Source of the DNA: an uncultured Candidatus Saccharibacteria bacterium
GTDB taxonomy: Bacteria; Patescibacteriota; CPR2; UBA1875; CAIMLA01
NCBI GenBank assembly: GCA_964594415.1
Contig: CAZQLQ010000004.1
Span: 19,162-83,161 of the forward strand
Length of the DNA: 64,000 nt
Direction of reading: 5' to 3'
The stretch's first letter is position 1. The number at the start of each line of letters is the position of its first letter. Both the position numbers and the translations under genes were made by a program. The notes below the pieces were generated by a model that was not told where the DNA came from, searched no databases, and saw only the letters and a program-made list of their open reading frames with translations. Below are positions 19,307-28,355 of this stretch, piece by piece.

Positions 19307-20707
19307 GTGAAAATGCTTCCAATTGTAGCAATAATAGGCAGACCAAATGTCGGGAAATCTACATTATTTAACAGGCTTGTAGGTACCAGAGAAGCAATTA
19401 CGGCTGATTTTGCTGGAACTACCAGAGATCGGTTGTATTCGAAGTGCAAATGGAATGATTATGAATTTGTACTTATTGACACCGCAGGAATAGAAGATAC
19501 AAAAAGCAAAAACAGCTCTTACGCAAAAATAAACATTGATGTCCAAGAACAAGTTGATCTAGCCATAGAAGAAGCGGATTTAATTTTATTTATAGTCGAC
19601 TCTCAAACTGGCACCACAAATGAAGACATATTCGCCATAAAAAAGATCAAAAGGAGCGGCAAGCCCTTTATTATCGCTGCAAATAAATACGATAACGACA
19701 GATTCATGAGTAACGTAAGCGAGTTTTATAAACTCGGCGTTAATGAAATCGTAAAAGTCTCTGCAATTAGTGGACGCTCAACCGGGGACTTGCTGGATTT
19801 ACTAGTGAATAAATTAACGGATTTAGAAATATCTGAAAGAAGGAGCGTAGCTACAATAGCCCAAGAGGGGGTTAATGTAGCCGTAGTTGGAAGACCCAAT
19901 GTTGGCAAATCTAGCCTTTTTAACGCGATTACAGGCTCTACAGCAGCCGTAGTATCCGAGATAGCGGGAACAACCAGGGATACAAAAACAACAGCCCTAA
20001 AAACCGAAAAAGGCGTAATCAATTTTATTGATACAGCGGGAATTAGAAAAAGAGGCAAAGTCGGTAAAATGACAGGTAAAGACAAAACAAAAACAGGCCA
20101 AATAGAGAAATACTCGGTTTTAAGGTCGTTTAAAGCTATCGAAAATGCCGACATTGCATTAATCCTAATAGATGCACACGACGGAATTACTGCCCAAGAT
20201 TTACATATCGCGGGCTTTGCGAAAGAACAACTTAAAGGAGTAATTCTGGTAATAAACAAATGGGATATCGTTAGCGAAGAAGAAAAAAATATGACTAACT
20301 ATTTAAATTATGTTAAAAGAGAAGTCCCGTTTCTGCCATTTGCGTCAGTAATTTTTGTCTCTGCAAAAACAGGCAAGAACGTTGATAAAATAACCGATTT
20401 AATTCATCAAGTTTGGGAAAATAGACAAAAACATATTTCTACCGGAGAACTGAACTCCATTTTGGGTGATGAAATCTTGAAAAACCCGCCAAAGGCTATG
20501 AAAAACATTCTTCCAAAGATTAACTATCTGACCCAAGCTGAAATAAACCCGCCAACATTCGTCTTTTTTACCAATCATCCAGAATTAATCCATTTCTCAT
20601 ATAAACGCTTTTTGGAAAATAGAATTAGAGATAAATGGGGATTTGAAGGAACTCCAATAAGCATCGTATTCAAGAAAAAGAACGTAGATCGTAAAAAGGA
20701 AAACTAG
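19307..20707 (+). CDS. der: ribosome-associated GTPase Der/EngA (tandem GTPase domains + KH)
   Basis: two P-loops 'GRPNVGKST' / 'GRPNVGKSS' each followed by DTAG. Confidence 0.9.
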   Translation: MKMLPIVAIIGRPNVGKSTLFNRLVGTREAITADFAGTTRDRLYSKCKWNDYEFVLIDTAGIEDTKSKNSSYAKINIDVQEQVDLAIEEADLILFIVDSQTGTTNEDIFAIKKIKRSGKPFIIAANKYDNDRFMSNVSEFYKLGVNEIVKVSAISGRSTGDLLDLLVNKLTDLEISERRSVATIAQEGVNVAVVGRPNVGKSSLFNAITGSTAAVVSEIAGTTRDTKTTALKTEKGVINFIDTAGIRKRGKVGKMTGKDKTKTGQIEKYSVLRSFKAIENADIALILIDAHDGITAQDLHIAGFAKEQLKGVILVINKWDIVSEEEKNMTNYLNYVKREVPFLPFASVIFVSAKTGKNVDKITDLIHQVWENRQKHISTGELNSILGDEILKNPPKAMKNILPKINYLTQAEINPPTFVFFTNHPELIHFSYKRFLENRIRDKWGFEGTPISIVFKKKNVDRKKEN

Positions 20708-20715
20708 GAGGGAAG

Positions 20716-21252
20716 ATGAAATTGTTAGTTGGACTTGGAAACCCGGGAGAAAAATACGCAAGTACGCGTCATAACCTAGGCTTCAGAATACTAAATCAAA
20801 TAGCCTGTATATACGATATCGACTTCTCAAATGAAAAAAAATTTAATTCAGAAATAGCCGAAACTGAGATAGAAGGGCAAAAAATTATATTAGTAAAACC
20901 ACAGACGTTTATGAACAATTCAGGACTGGCCATAAGCAAAATTATTAATTTCTATAAAATACCATTGGCCGATTTAATACTTGTTTACGACGACAAAGAT
21001 CTAGATTTCGGCGAAATTAGACTAAGAAGTAAGGGTGGATCAGCGGGTCATAAAGGCGTTCAATCAATAATTGACAACATTGGAACAGAGAATTTTACAC
21101 GCTTCCGCATAGGAATAATGAACCAGGAGGGTAATAATATCCCAACAGAATCTTTTGTTTTGCAGAACTTTACCTCAGAAGAAGAAGCGGGACTCGAAAA
21201 TATTATACAAACCTGCATTGATAAAATTACCGAATCAATAAGAAAAGCCTAG
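20716..21252 (+). CDS. pth: peptidyl-tRNA hydrolase
   Basis: 'LVGLGNPGEKYASTRHNLGF' signature. Confidence 0.9.
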   Translation: MKLLVGLGNPGEKYASTRHNLGFRILNQIACIYDIDFSNEKKFNSEIAETEIEGQKIILVKPQTFMNNSGLAISKIINFYKIPLADLILVYDDKDLDFGEIRLRSKGGSAGHKGVQSIIDNIGTENFTRFRIGIMNQEGNNIPTESFVLQNFTSEEEAGLENIIQTCIDKITESIRKA

Positions 21253-21365
21253 GTAAATTTATAATGCGTATGTAATATAATGTTTTGTATATTTGAAAAT
21301 ATTCAATTAGGTGTTAATATAGCTCAAGTTAGCCATACATAATATAAGAAATTTGACATAAATAG

Positions 21366-21400
21366 TAAAAGGGCCACTTTCGTGACCCTTTTACTTGTTT
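21366..21400 (+). terminator. probable pth terminator hairpin
   Basis: GTAAAAGGGCCAC-tttc-GTGACCCTTTTAC (one C:A mismatch) followed by TTGTTT. Confidence 0.45.
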
Positions 21401-21600
21401 CAAAGACCTCCCATTCGCAATCTTGTCGCTTGGACTTGACCTAGCCCTCATTTGGCTGGCAGTTGCAGGGAGAACCCCACCAACAAGTAAGAGAACTTAA
21501 AGGAGGGTGCCTAAGCTTTTTACTTATTGATAGGGTTCTTCCAACAAACCCTTGGAACTCTTTGAATCTTTCTTATCAAGGTTGACGTTTAATTCTAGCA
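21391..21600 (+). ncRNA. candidate structured RNA / long structured 5' leader upstream of dprA
   Basis: 361-bp ORF-free spacer; 9-bp helix TTACTTGTT(21391)/AACAAGTAA(21482) encloses nested helices (CTCCC/GGGAG, AGCC/GGCT apical); further hairpin TTCCAA-caaaccc-TTGGAA at ~21538; strand and identity unresolved. Confidence 0.25.
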
Positions 21601-21613
21601 TGTATTTTTTATT

Positions 21614-22735
21614 TTGTCAAGTGTTTTTATGAAAAATTGTGGAAAAAAATTAGAAAAAATTAAATATTGGCTTTCCATAGGTAAAAACGTTAAGATTGGA
21701 CCCTGTGGATTTAACGAAATTTTGGCTACAAACGTGTCTTTTGAAGAAATTTGGCACATGAATATTAATAGCCTTAAAAGCTTAAAATTACCTGAAAGAT
21801 TAATCTCTGAGATAATTCATGCTAGAGAAAACTATAATCCCGATGAGGTAATAACAGAGCTTGTCGGTAATGGAATAAACGCGATCACTATAAAAGACGA
21901 TGATTACCCGGAGCAACTAAGACAAATCTATAACCCTCCACCAATCTTGTACTACAAAGGAACTTTTGATAAGGATGAGATATTTATCGGTATTGTCGGA
22001 AGCAGAGTGCCAACCGACTACGGCGCTTCTTTAACAAGAGAGATTGCTTACAATCTTTCTAGAGCTGGGATAACAGTGGTAAGTGGTCTAGCTCTTGGCA
22101 TTGACGCTATTGCAAATAGTTCGGCGCTTGACGCGCAAGGACGAACAATAGCCGTTTTAGGATGTAGTTTGGAAAGAATATACCCCTCTACAAATAGAGA
22201 TCTAGGGGAAAAAATAGTTAGCTCCGGGCTTGGAGCAATTATAAGCGAATATCCCGTTGGCACTATTACGCAAAAACAACATTTTCCCGCAAGAAACAGA
22301 ATTATAAGCGGATTATCTATAGGATTAGTAGTCGCAGAGGCTGCAGAAAATTCAGGTTCCCTTATAACTGCCTGTTCAGCCTTGGAACAAAACAGAGAAG
22401 TATTTGCATTTCCAGGCTCAATTTACAATAAAAATTGTAAGGGTACAAATAATCTCATAAAGAACGGCGCGCACCTAATAACTAACGCAAACGATGTCTT
22501 GGATGTTCTTAATCTTATAACTCCCAAAGAAATCGTAAAAGCAAGGAAAATTTTACCGAGAAATACTGACGAAAAAACTATTTTCGAAATATTAAATGCA
22601 GAGCCACTACATATAAACGAAATAATAAAGAGAACGAATTTACCGCAAGCAAAAATAAGTTCCGTATTGACTTTAATGGAAATAGAAGGTAAAGTTAAGC
22701 ACTTAGGAGGAATGGTCTACAAACTCAGTATTTGA
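21614..22735 (+). CDS. dprA: DNA processing protein A (DprA/Smf)
   Basis: Rossmann-like 'GIVGSRVPTDYGASLTREIAYNLSRAGITVVSGLALGIDAIAN'; upstream of topA as in many bacteria. Confidence 0.85.
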   Translation: MSSVFMKNCGKKLEKIKYWLSIGKNVKIGPCGFNEILATNVSFEEIWHMNINSLKSLKLPERLISEIIHARENYNPDEVITELVGNGINAITIKDDDYPEQLRQIYNPPPILYYKGTFDKDEIFIGIVGSRVPTDYGASLTREIAYNLSRAGITVVSGLALGIDAIANSSALDAQGRTIAVLGCSLERIYPSTNRDLGEKIVSSGLGAIISEYPVGTITQKQHFPARNRIISGLSIGLVVAEAAENSGSLITACSALEQNREVFAFPGSIYNKNCKGTNNLIKNGAHLITNANDVLDVLNLITPKEIVKARKILPRNTDEKTIFEILNAEPLHINEIIKRTNLPQAKISSVLTLMEIEGKVKHLGGMVYKLSI

Positions 22736-22786
22736 CAATAAAACAGATATTTTTTTAATATTATTATATTGTTAACAAAGGATAAA

Positions 22787-24790
22787 ATGAGCAATCTCGT
22801 AATAGTAGAATCGCCAGCCAAGGCGAAAACAATTGAAAAGTATTTAGGCTCGGGATATAGAGTCTTAGCTTCATTTGGTCATGTTCGCGACCTGCCATCA
22901 AAAGAGATGGGAATAGATATAGAACACGGTTTTTTTCCGACTTATGTAGTTCCGACAAAAAGCAAGAAAACAATAAAAGCGCTAAAAGACGCTGCAAAGG
23001 GAACGACTACTGTTCTTCTCGCAAGCGACCCAGACAGAGAGGGTGAGGCGATAGCATGGCACATAAAAGAGGCGTTAAAACTAAAAGACAGTCAGTACAA
23101 GCGTATTGTTTTTCACGAGATTACTAAAGATGCCATAAACGATGCGGTGAGAAATCCTCGAAAAATAAATATTGATTTAGTTGATGCCCAACAAGCAAGA
23201 AGAATTCTGGACCGTTTAGTAGGATACACCTTAAGTCCACTGTTATGGAAAAAAGTAAAAAAAGGCCTTTCGGCAGGCAGAGTGCAATCGGTTGCGGTAA
23301 AGCTAATAGTTGACAGGGAAAGGGAAATTCAAGCCTTTGTGCCAAAAGAGTATTGGGAGATTAGAGCAAACCTTGAAAAAATCGATAGCCGAGAAGGGTT
23401 CGAAGCGAAGCTAACAAAATACCAAGGCAAGAGCTTAGAAATTTTAAACAAGGAAGCAGCCGATAGGATCCTGGCCGATTTAAGGAATAGCGACTATAAA
23501 GTATTAAAAGTTGAAACAAAAGACGTAAAAAGGTCTCCGGCTTCACCCTTTATCACCTCTACCCTTCAACAAGACTCGACAAACAAATTACGTTACAGTG
23601 CAAAAAAAACAATGATGCTTGCCCAACAGCTTTATGAAGGTATCGAATTGGGAAGTGAGGGATCAACTGGTCTTATTACCTATATGAGAACCGACTCACA
23701 CAACCTATCAAACCAAGCACTTGATGAGATAAAAAATTACATAATAAATAATTTGGGCAAAGAATACTTGCCTGAGAAAACAAGAACATTCAAAAAAGCA
23801 AAGTCTGCCCAAGAGGCTCATGAAGCCATAAGGCCAACTTCTATTGCGAGAACTCCTGAATCCTTAGCTAATTACCTAACAAAGGATCAGTTAAGATTAT
23901 ACGAACTAATCTGGAAAAGAACTATAGCCTGCCAAATGGCTGACGCTATATATTCCCAAACCGGAGTTGACATATTAGCTGAAGAATATGGTCTACGTGC
24001 AGGCGGAAGAACCATCAAATTTGACGGTTTTATGAAAGTATATCTCGAAGGAGAAGCAGAAAAAGAAGCTGAAGACAAAGCTGAAAGCAAAATTCCCACT
24101 TTGAAAGAAGGAGAAATAGTAGACCTAAAGGAGCTTTTGAGCGATCAGAAGTTTACAGAACCACCACCCCGATACACTGAAGCCTCGCTGATTAAAACTC
24201 TCGAAGAAAACGGTATCGGACGTCCATCAACGTACGCACCCACGATCTCTACCATTCAAGACAGGGGCTATGTAAGACTAGAAAACCGCCGTTTTTTCCC
24301 GGAAGAAATCAGTTTCATTGTGACTGATTTACTAAGAGATCACTTTCCATTTGTTGTAAGCGTAGACTTTACGGCACAACTCGAAAATGAGCTTGACGAT
24401 ATTGCTGAAGGAAAAACAAAATGGGCAGAAACTATCAAAAACTTTTGGAATCCATTTAAACAAGATCTTGATAAAGCCATAACTGCTGTAGAAAAAGTTA
24501 AGATCGAGAAAGAGACAGATGAAGTCTGTGAAAAATGCGGCAAGCCAATGGTTATCAAACTAGGGCGTTTCGGAGAATTTCTTGCTTGCACCGGTTTTCC
24601 TGAGTGTAAAAACGCAAAGCCCTTACCTGCAAAAGACTTGGGACTCAAATGCCCTGAATGCAAAGAAGGAGAAGTAGTTGAAAGACGAACAAAAAAGGGC
24701 AAAAAGTTCTGGGGCTGCTCCAGATACCCCGAATGTAAATATGCAACTTGGAACGACCCGACTAAACAGAAAAGCGAAGAAATCGAGTAG
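22787..24790 (+). CDS. topA: DNA topoisomerase I with C-terminal Cys4 zinc ribbons
   Basis: TOPRIM 'LVIVESPAKAKTIEKYLG…SFGHVRDLP'; active-site region 'GLITYMRTDS'; C-terminal 'CEKCGKPM…CTGFPEC…CPECKEGE…CSRYPEC'; ATG 22787 with AAGGA SD. Confidence 0.9.
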   Translation: MSNLVIVESPAKAKTIEKYLGSGYRVLASFGHVRDLPSKEMGIDIEHGFFPTYVVPTKSKKTIKALKDAAKGTTTVLLASDPDREGEAIAWHIKEALKLKDSQYKRIVFHEITKDAINDAVRNPRKINIDLVDAQQARRILDRLVGYTLSPLLWKKVKKGLSAGRVQSVAVKLIVDREREIQAFVPKEYWEIRANLEKIDSREGFEAKLTKYQGKSLEILNKEAADRILADLRNSDYKVLKVETKDVKRSPASPFITSTLQQDSTNKLRYSAKKTMMLAQQLYEGIELGSEGSTGLITYMRTDSHNLSNQALDEIKNYIINNLGKEYLPEKTRTFKKAKSAQEAHEAIRPTSIARTPESLANYLTKDQLRLYELIWKRTIACQMADAIYSQTGVDILAEEYGLRAGGRTIKFDGFMKVYLEGEAEKEAEDKAESKIPTLKEGEIVDLKELLSDQKFTEPPPRYTEASLIKTLEENGIGRPSTYAPTISTIQDRGYVRLENRRFFPEEISFIVTDLLRDHFPFVVSVDFTAQLENELDDIAEGKTKWAETIKNFWNPFKQDLDKAITAVEKVKIEKETDEVCEKCGKPMVIKLGRFGEFLACTGFPECKNAKPLPAKDLGLKCPECKEGEVVERRTKKGKKFWGCSRYPECKYATWNDPTKQKSEEIE

Positions 24791-24850
24791 CAAACCTTCT
24801 TTTTTTCTATAAAGGTTGTCTTGAGTCAAAAATAGATTTAAACTTGTGTT

Positions 24851-25762
24851 ATGGAAAAAATTGAAACAAGAAAGTTTACTTGGATAAACATAGAAAAGCC
24901 GGACGAGAAAATCGTTGATTTTTTGCAAAAAAAATACGGTTTCCATGAACTTAATTTAGAAGATTGCCTGTCAACAGTACAGCGTCCCAAAATTGATTCG
25001 CAAGACGATTATGTCTTCATCGTCCTTCATTTTCCAAGATACTACAAAAATCTCAAAAAAATGACTACTTCAGAGTTAAATATATTTCTAGGAAAAGACT
25101 ATATTATTACATTGGGAGACGGGGAACTAAAACCTTTAAGCAACTTTTTCAGTTCACTTAAAAAGAATCCAGAAGAATTTGAGGAAATCACCGAAAAGGA
25201 TTCGGCAATGATCCTATACGAGATAATAGATAATCTTTTGACCTATTGCTTCCCAATCCTTGACAAGATTAGCGAGAGATTAAACATGGTAGACGAAGAC
25301 CTTCTTGCCCAGAAGCCATCCAGGATAGTGCTCGAGATAGCGCGCTTAAATCAGGAGATTATTACCTTCCGTAAAATCATAAGCCCCCAAAGATACGTTA
25401 TACGGGATCTAGAAGAAAAGATTAAACCTTTTCTAGCGGAAGAAAATGATATTTATTTTGACGATATCATAGACTCAACAGAAAAAATTTGGGATACACT
25501 GCAAAATCTGAAGGAAGTATCAGAGAGCCTACAAAGGACTCACGACTCCTATGCAACAAACCGTCTAAACGAAGTCATGAAAGTTCTTACGGTTTTTTCT
25601 GTAATAATGTTGCCGTTAACAGTTATTACTGGATTCTATGGAATGAATGTAGCGGGACTACCAGTCGCAGGACATCAGTTTGCTGCAGGGATAGTTGCTT
25701 TCGCAATGTTAGCCTTGGGCTCTACAATGCTGTACTATTTTTACAAAAAAGATTATTTCTAA
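24851..25762 (+). CDS. corA: CorA-family Mg2+/Co2+ transporter
   Basis: C-terminal two TM helices with signature 'GFYGMNVAG' (GMN motif). Confidence 0.85.
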   Translation: MEKIETRKFTWINIEKPDEKIVDFLQKKYGFHELNLEDCLSTVQRPKIDSQDDYVFIVLHFPRYYKNLKKMTTSELNIFLGKDYIITLGDGELKPLSNFFSSLKKNPEEFEEITEKDSAMILYEIIDNLLTYCFPILDKISERLNMVDEDLLAQKPSRIVLEIARLNQEIITFRKIISPQRYVIRDLEEKIKPFLAEENDIYFDDIIDSTEKIWDTLQNLKEVSESLQRTHDSYATNRLNEVMKVLTVFSVIMLPLTVITGFYGMNVAGLPVAGHQFAAGIVAFAMLALGSTMLYYFYKKDYF

Positions 25763-25793
25763 AATTATTTTTATGATGTAGATATAAAAGATC

Positions 25794-27086
25794 ATGAAGG
25801 ACAAAACTCTTTTTGAACAAAAAAATTATACAGAAAAACCACTGGCAGACAAAATGAGGCCAACTGACTTTTCGGATTTTTTTGGACAAGAACACTTATT
25901 AAGTGAAAACAAACTATTAAGGCAACTAATTGAAAATGATAAGCTAGCCTCAATAATTCTTTGGGGACCGCCCGGAACAGGAAAAACCACTATCGCAAAA
26001 ATAATAGCAACTAAGACAAACTCCTTTTTTGAGGAGTTTAGTGCTGTGACAAGCGGAATAAACGACCTAAGAAAAGTCGTTAGGGAAGCAGATGACCGTA
26101 GGAAACTTTATAACCTTAAAACTATTCTTTTTGTTGATGAAATCCACCGTTTCAACAAATCCCAGCAAGACGGATTTCTACCTCATATAGAAAATGGAAC
26201 TATTATTTTAATAGGCGCCACTACCGAAAATCCTGGTTTTGAAATAAACGCAGCTCTACTTTCTAGATCTAGAGTATTTCAGTTAAATCCGTTAACCGAA
26301 GAGGATTTGAAAAAAATAATAAATAACGCACTTGCAGATAAAAAGAAGGGTTTAGGGGAAAGAAAACTAAGGATTGAAAATTCTGCCCTTATTCACTTAG
26401 CTAAAACATCTTCAGGAGACGCAAGAACAGCGCTTAACGCACTAGAGATAGCAGCATCAATCGCCAAGGGCGATCGTAAAATCTCTGATGAAATCATCAA
26501 AATGGCTCTAGACAAAAAACAACTGGCTGCGTATAAAAAAGGCGAAAGTCACTACGATTATATTTCCGCCTTTATTAAATCTATGAGAGGTAGCGATCCC
26601 GATGCGGCGATTTACTGGCTTGCATTAATGCTTGAGAGCGGAGAAGACCCTAAGTTTATTGCAAGGAGAATGATTATCTTTGCAAGCGAAGATATCGGAA
26701 ACGCTGCACCAATGGCATTAGTTTTAGCTACTTCTTGCTTTCAAGCAGTGAATATTGTAGGGCTACCCGAAGCCAGAATAAACCTAGCTCAATGTACAAC
26801 TTATTTAGCAAGCGCTCCAAAATCTAATTCGTCGTACTTAGCAATTGAGGAAGCACTCACTGACGTAAAGAACCTCGAAACGGGGCAAGTTCCCAAGCAT
26901 CTTAAAAACGCTCCTACAAGGTTTTCCAAGGAAATTGGTAATGCAAAAGGATATAAATACCCTCACGATTATCCTGGAAACGTAGTCAAACAAGACTACT
27001 TGCCGGAGAATATTAAACATAAAAAGTATTACAAGCCGACAGAAAACGGGGGAGAAATCAAAATAAAAAACAGGCTTAAAAAATAG
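25794..27086 (+). CDS. rarA: replication-associated recombination protein A (AAA+ ATPase MgsA/RarA)
   Basis: Walker A 'GPPGTGKTTIAKIIA', Walker B 'ILFVDEIHRFNK', sensor 'TTENP'. Confidence 0.85.
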   Translation: MKDKTLFEQKNYTEKPLADKMRPTDFSDFFGQEHLLSENKLLRQLIENDKLASIILWGPPGTGKTTIAKIIATKTNSFFEEFSAVTSGINDLRKVVREADDRRKLYNLKTILFVDEIHRFNKSQQDGFLPHIENGTIILIGATTENPGFEINAALLSRSRVFQLNPLTEEDLKKIINNALADKKKGLGERKLRIENSALIHLAKTSSGDARTALNALEIAASIAKGDRKISDEIIKMALDKKQLAAYKKGESHYDYISAFIKSMRGSDPDAAIYWLALMLESGEDPKFIARRMIIFASEDIGNAAPMALVLATSCFQAVNIVGLPEARINLAQCTTYLASAPKSNSSYLAIEEALTDVKNLETGQVPKHLKNAPTRFSKEIGNAKGYKYPHDYPGNVVKQDYLPENIKHKKYYKPTENGGEIKIKNRLKK

Positions 27087-27179
27087 TTATTCGTAAATAT
27101 ATTTTAAATATTACTGCTGTATAATTATTTATTCTGTTTTATTTTTTAACTATCTAAATATGTTTTAGTAAATAACATA

Positions 27180-27209
27180 TTGACACTAAACTATTAATTA
27201 TGCTATAAT
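27180..27209 (+). promoter_or_regulatory. consensus σ70-type promoter
   Basis: TTGACA (27180–27185) – 18 nt – TATAAT (27204–27209), ~38 nt upstream of ATG 27247, in AT-rich spacer. Confidence 0.55.
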
Positions 27210-27246
27210 TATTCAGGTTAAAAATATATGACCATAAGTAAAAAAA

Positions 27247-28341
27247 ATGGAAAACGCAGACTCAATTTTAAATAGAATAATCGAAATAGAAAGTAAGAAA
27301 AAATTACGTGATTTTGATGTAGAATCAGAAGTTTCTTACATTTTTTCTAATTCTAAAATCGGCAAAGACAGAAATATCAATATTATTAAACAGCGTAACG
27401 GCCTTTCTGGAGAAAAACCTAAAACTTTAGGCGAAATTGGCAAGGAGCTAAACATTACCAGAGAGAGGGTACGACAAATTGAGAAGGCCGTTCTGAAGAG
27501 AATACAAACCTTTATTTCAAAGGATTCTCGTATTCAAGGGGTTATCTCGGTAATAGAACAAAAAATTTCAGCAAATGGAGGAGCGGTTAATATTAATGAT
27601 CTCTATGGGATCTTTCTTGATTCTGATCTTAAAAGCCCTAAAAAAAGACACATGCTTATATTCCTTACAACCCTAAGCAAGAATCTATCGCAAATACCTG
27701 AAAGCTCTAATATAAGAACAGGTTTCATCCTCAATACGATAGATACTAATCTAATCGATAAAGTGATAGATGTAGCTACAGAAACCCTAGAAGAAGAAAA
27801 AAAGCCAGTTGAAGAAAGAACCTTTCTAAAAAACATAAAGAAACACGACCTTAAAATAAAGGATCGCCTAATTATTGCTTTGATATCTCTTAGTAAAAAA
27901 ATTATCAGAACCGAAAAGGGACACTTAGGCCTTGCATATTGGAGAGAAATAAACCCAAAAAGCATCAGAGATAAGACATATTATGTTCTTAAAAAATACC
28001 AAAAACCATTACATTTTAACGATATATCAAAAAACATTGAGGACCTTGGAGACAAAAAGAAGGTAACCAAACAAGCTGTTCACAACGAACTTATTAGAGA
28101 TGAGAGATTTGTCCTTATCGGGAGAGGGATTTATGCTCTTAGCGAATGGGGTTATGAAGGTGGAGTAGTGGAAGAAGTTATCGAAAAGGTCCTAATAGAA
28201 GCTGGGAAACCACTCCATAAAGATGTTATTATAGAGAAGGTACTTCAAAGAAGAATAGTGAAAAAAACAACCGTACTCTTAAACCTTCAGAAGGACCGTT
28301 TCGAAAGAGTTGCTCGCGGAACCTATACAATTAAAAAATAA
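27247..28341 (+). CDS. σ70-region-4-like HTH fused to two tandem HARE-HTH (RNAP δ/RpoE-type) domains; putative transcription-associated DNA-binding protein
   Basis: 364 aa; residues ~60–95 'TLGEIGKELNITRERVRQIEKAVLKRI' match σ70 r4.2; C-terminal 'KPLHFNDISKNI…VHNELIRDERFVLIGRGIYALSEW' and 'GKPLHKDVIIEKVL…LQKDRFERVARGTYTI' match the HARE-HTH pattern (…D.RF..vGRG.Y.L.EW). Confidence 0.5.
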   Translation: MENADSILNRIIEIESKKKLRDFDVESEVSYIFSNSKIGKDRNINIIKQRNGLSGEKPKTLGEIGKELNITRERVRQIEKAVLKRIQTFISKDSRIQGVISVIEQKISANGGAVNINDLYGIFLDSDLKSPKKRHMLIFLTTLSKNLSQIPESSNIRTGFILNTIDTNLIDKVIDVATETLEEEKKPVEERTFLKNIKKHDLKIKDRLIIALISLSKKIIRTEKGHLGLAYWREINPKSIRDKTYYVLKKYQKPLHFNDISKNIEDLGDKKKVTKQAVHNELIRDERFVLIGRGIYALSEWGYEGGVVEEVIEKVLIEAGKPLHKDVIIEKVLQRRIVKKTTVLLNLQKDRFERVARGTYTIKK

Positions 28342-28355
28342 GGGGGATTTACATT

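Noticed and set aside
19726-20259. 177-aa minus-strand ORF antisense to der
   Set aside because: Embedded in the der GTPase gene with no independent signals.
21253-21613. RNase P RNA or tmRNA in the pth–dprA spacer
   Set aside because: No GGAAAGUCCGG / ACAGAACCCGGCUUA (RNase P) or tRNA-like tmRNA ends; only a looser SRP-helix-5-like resemblance remains, reported as a low-confidence finding.
25489-25776. 95-aa plus-strand ORF overlapping the corA 3' end in another frame
   Set aside because: Entirely inside the well-supported CorA gene (GMN motif region) with no SD or motif of its own; it is a frame artefact.
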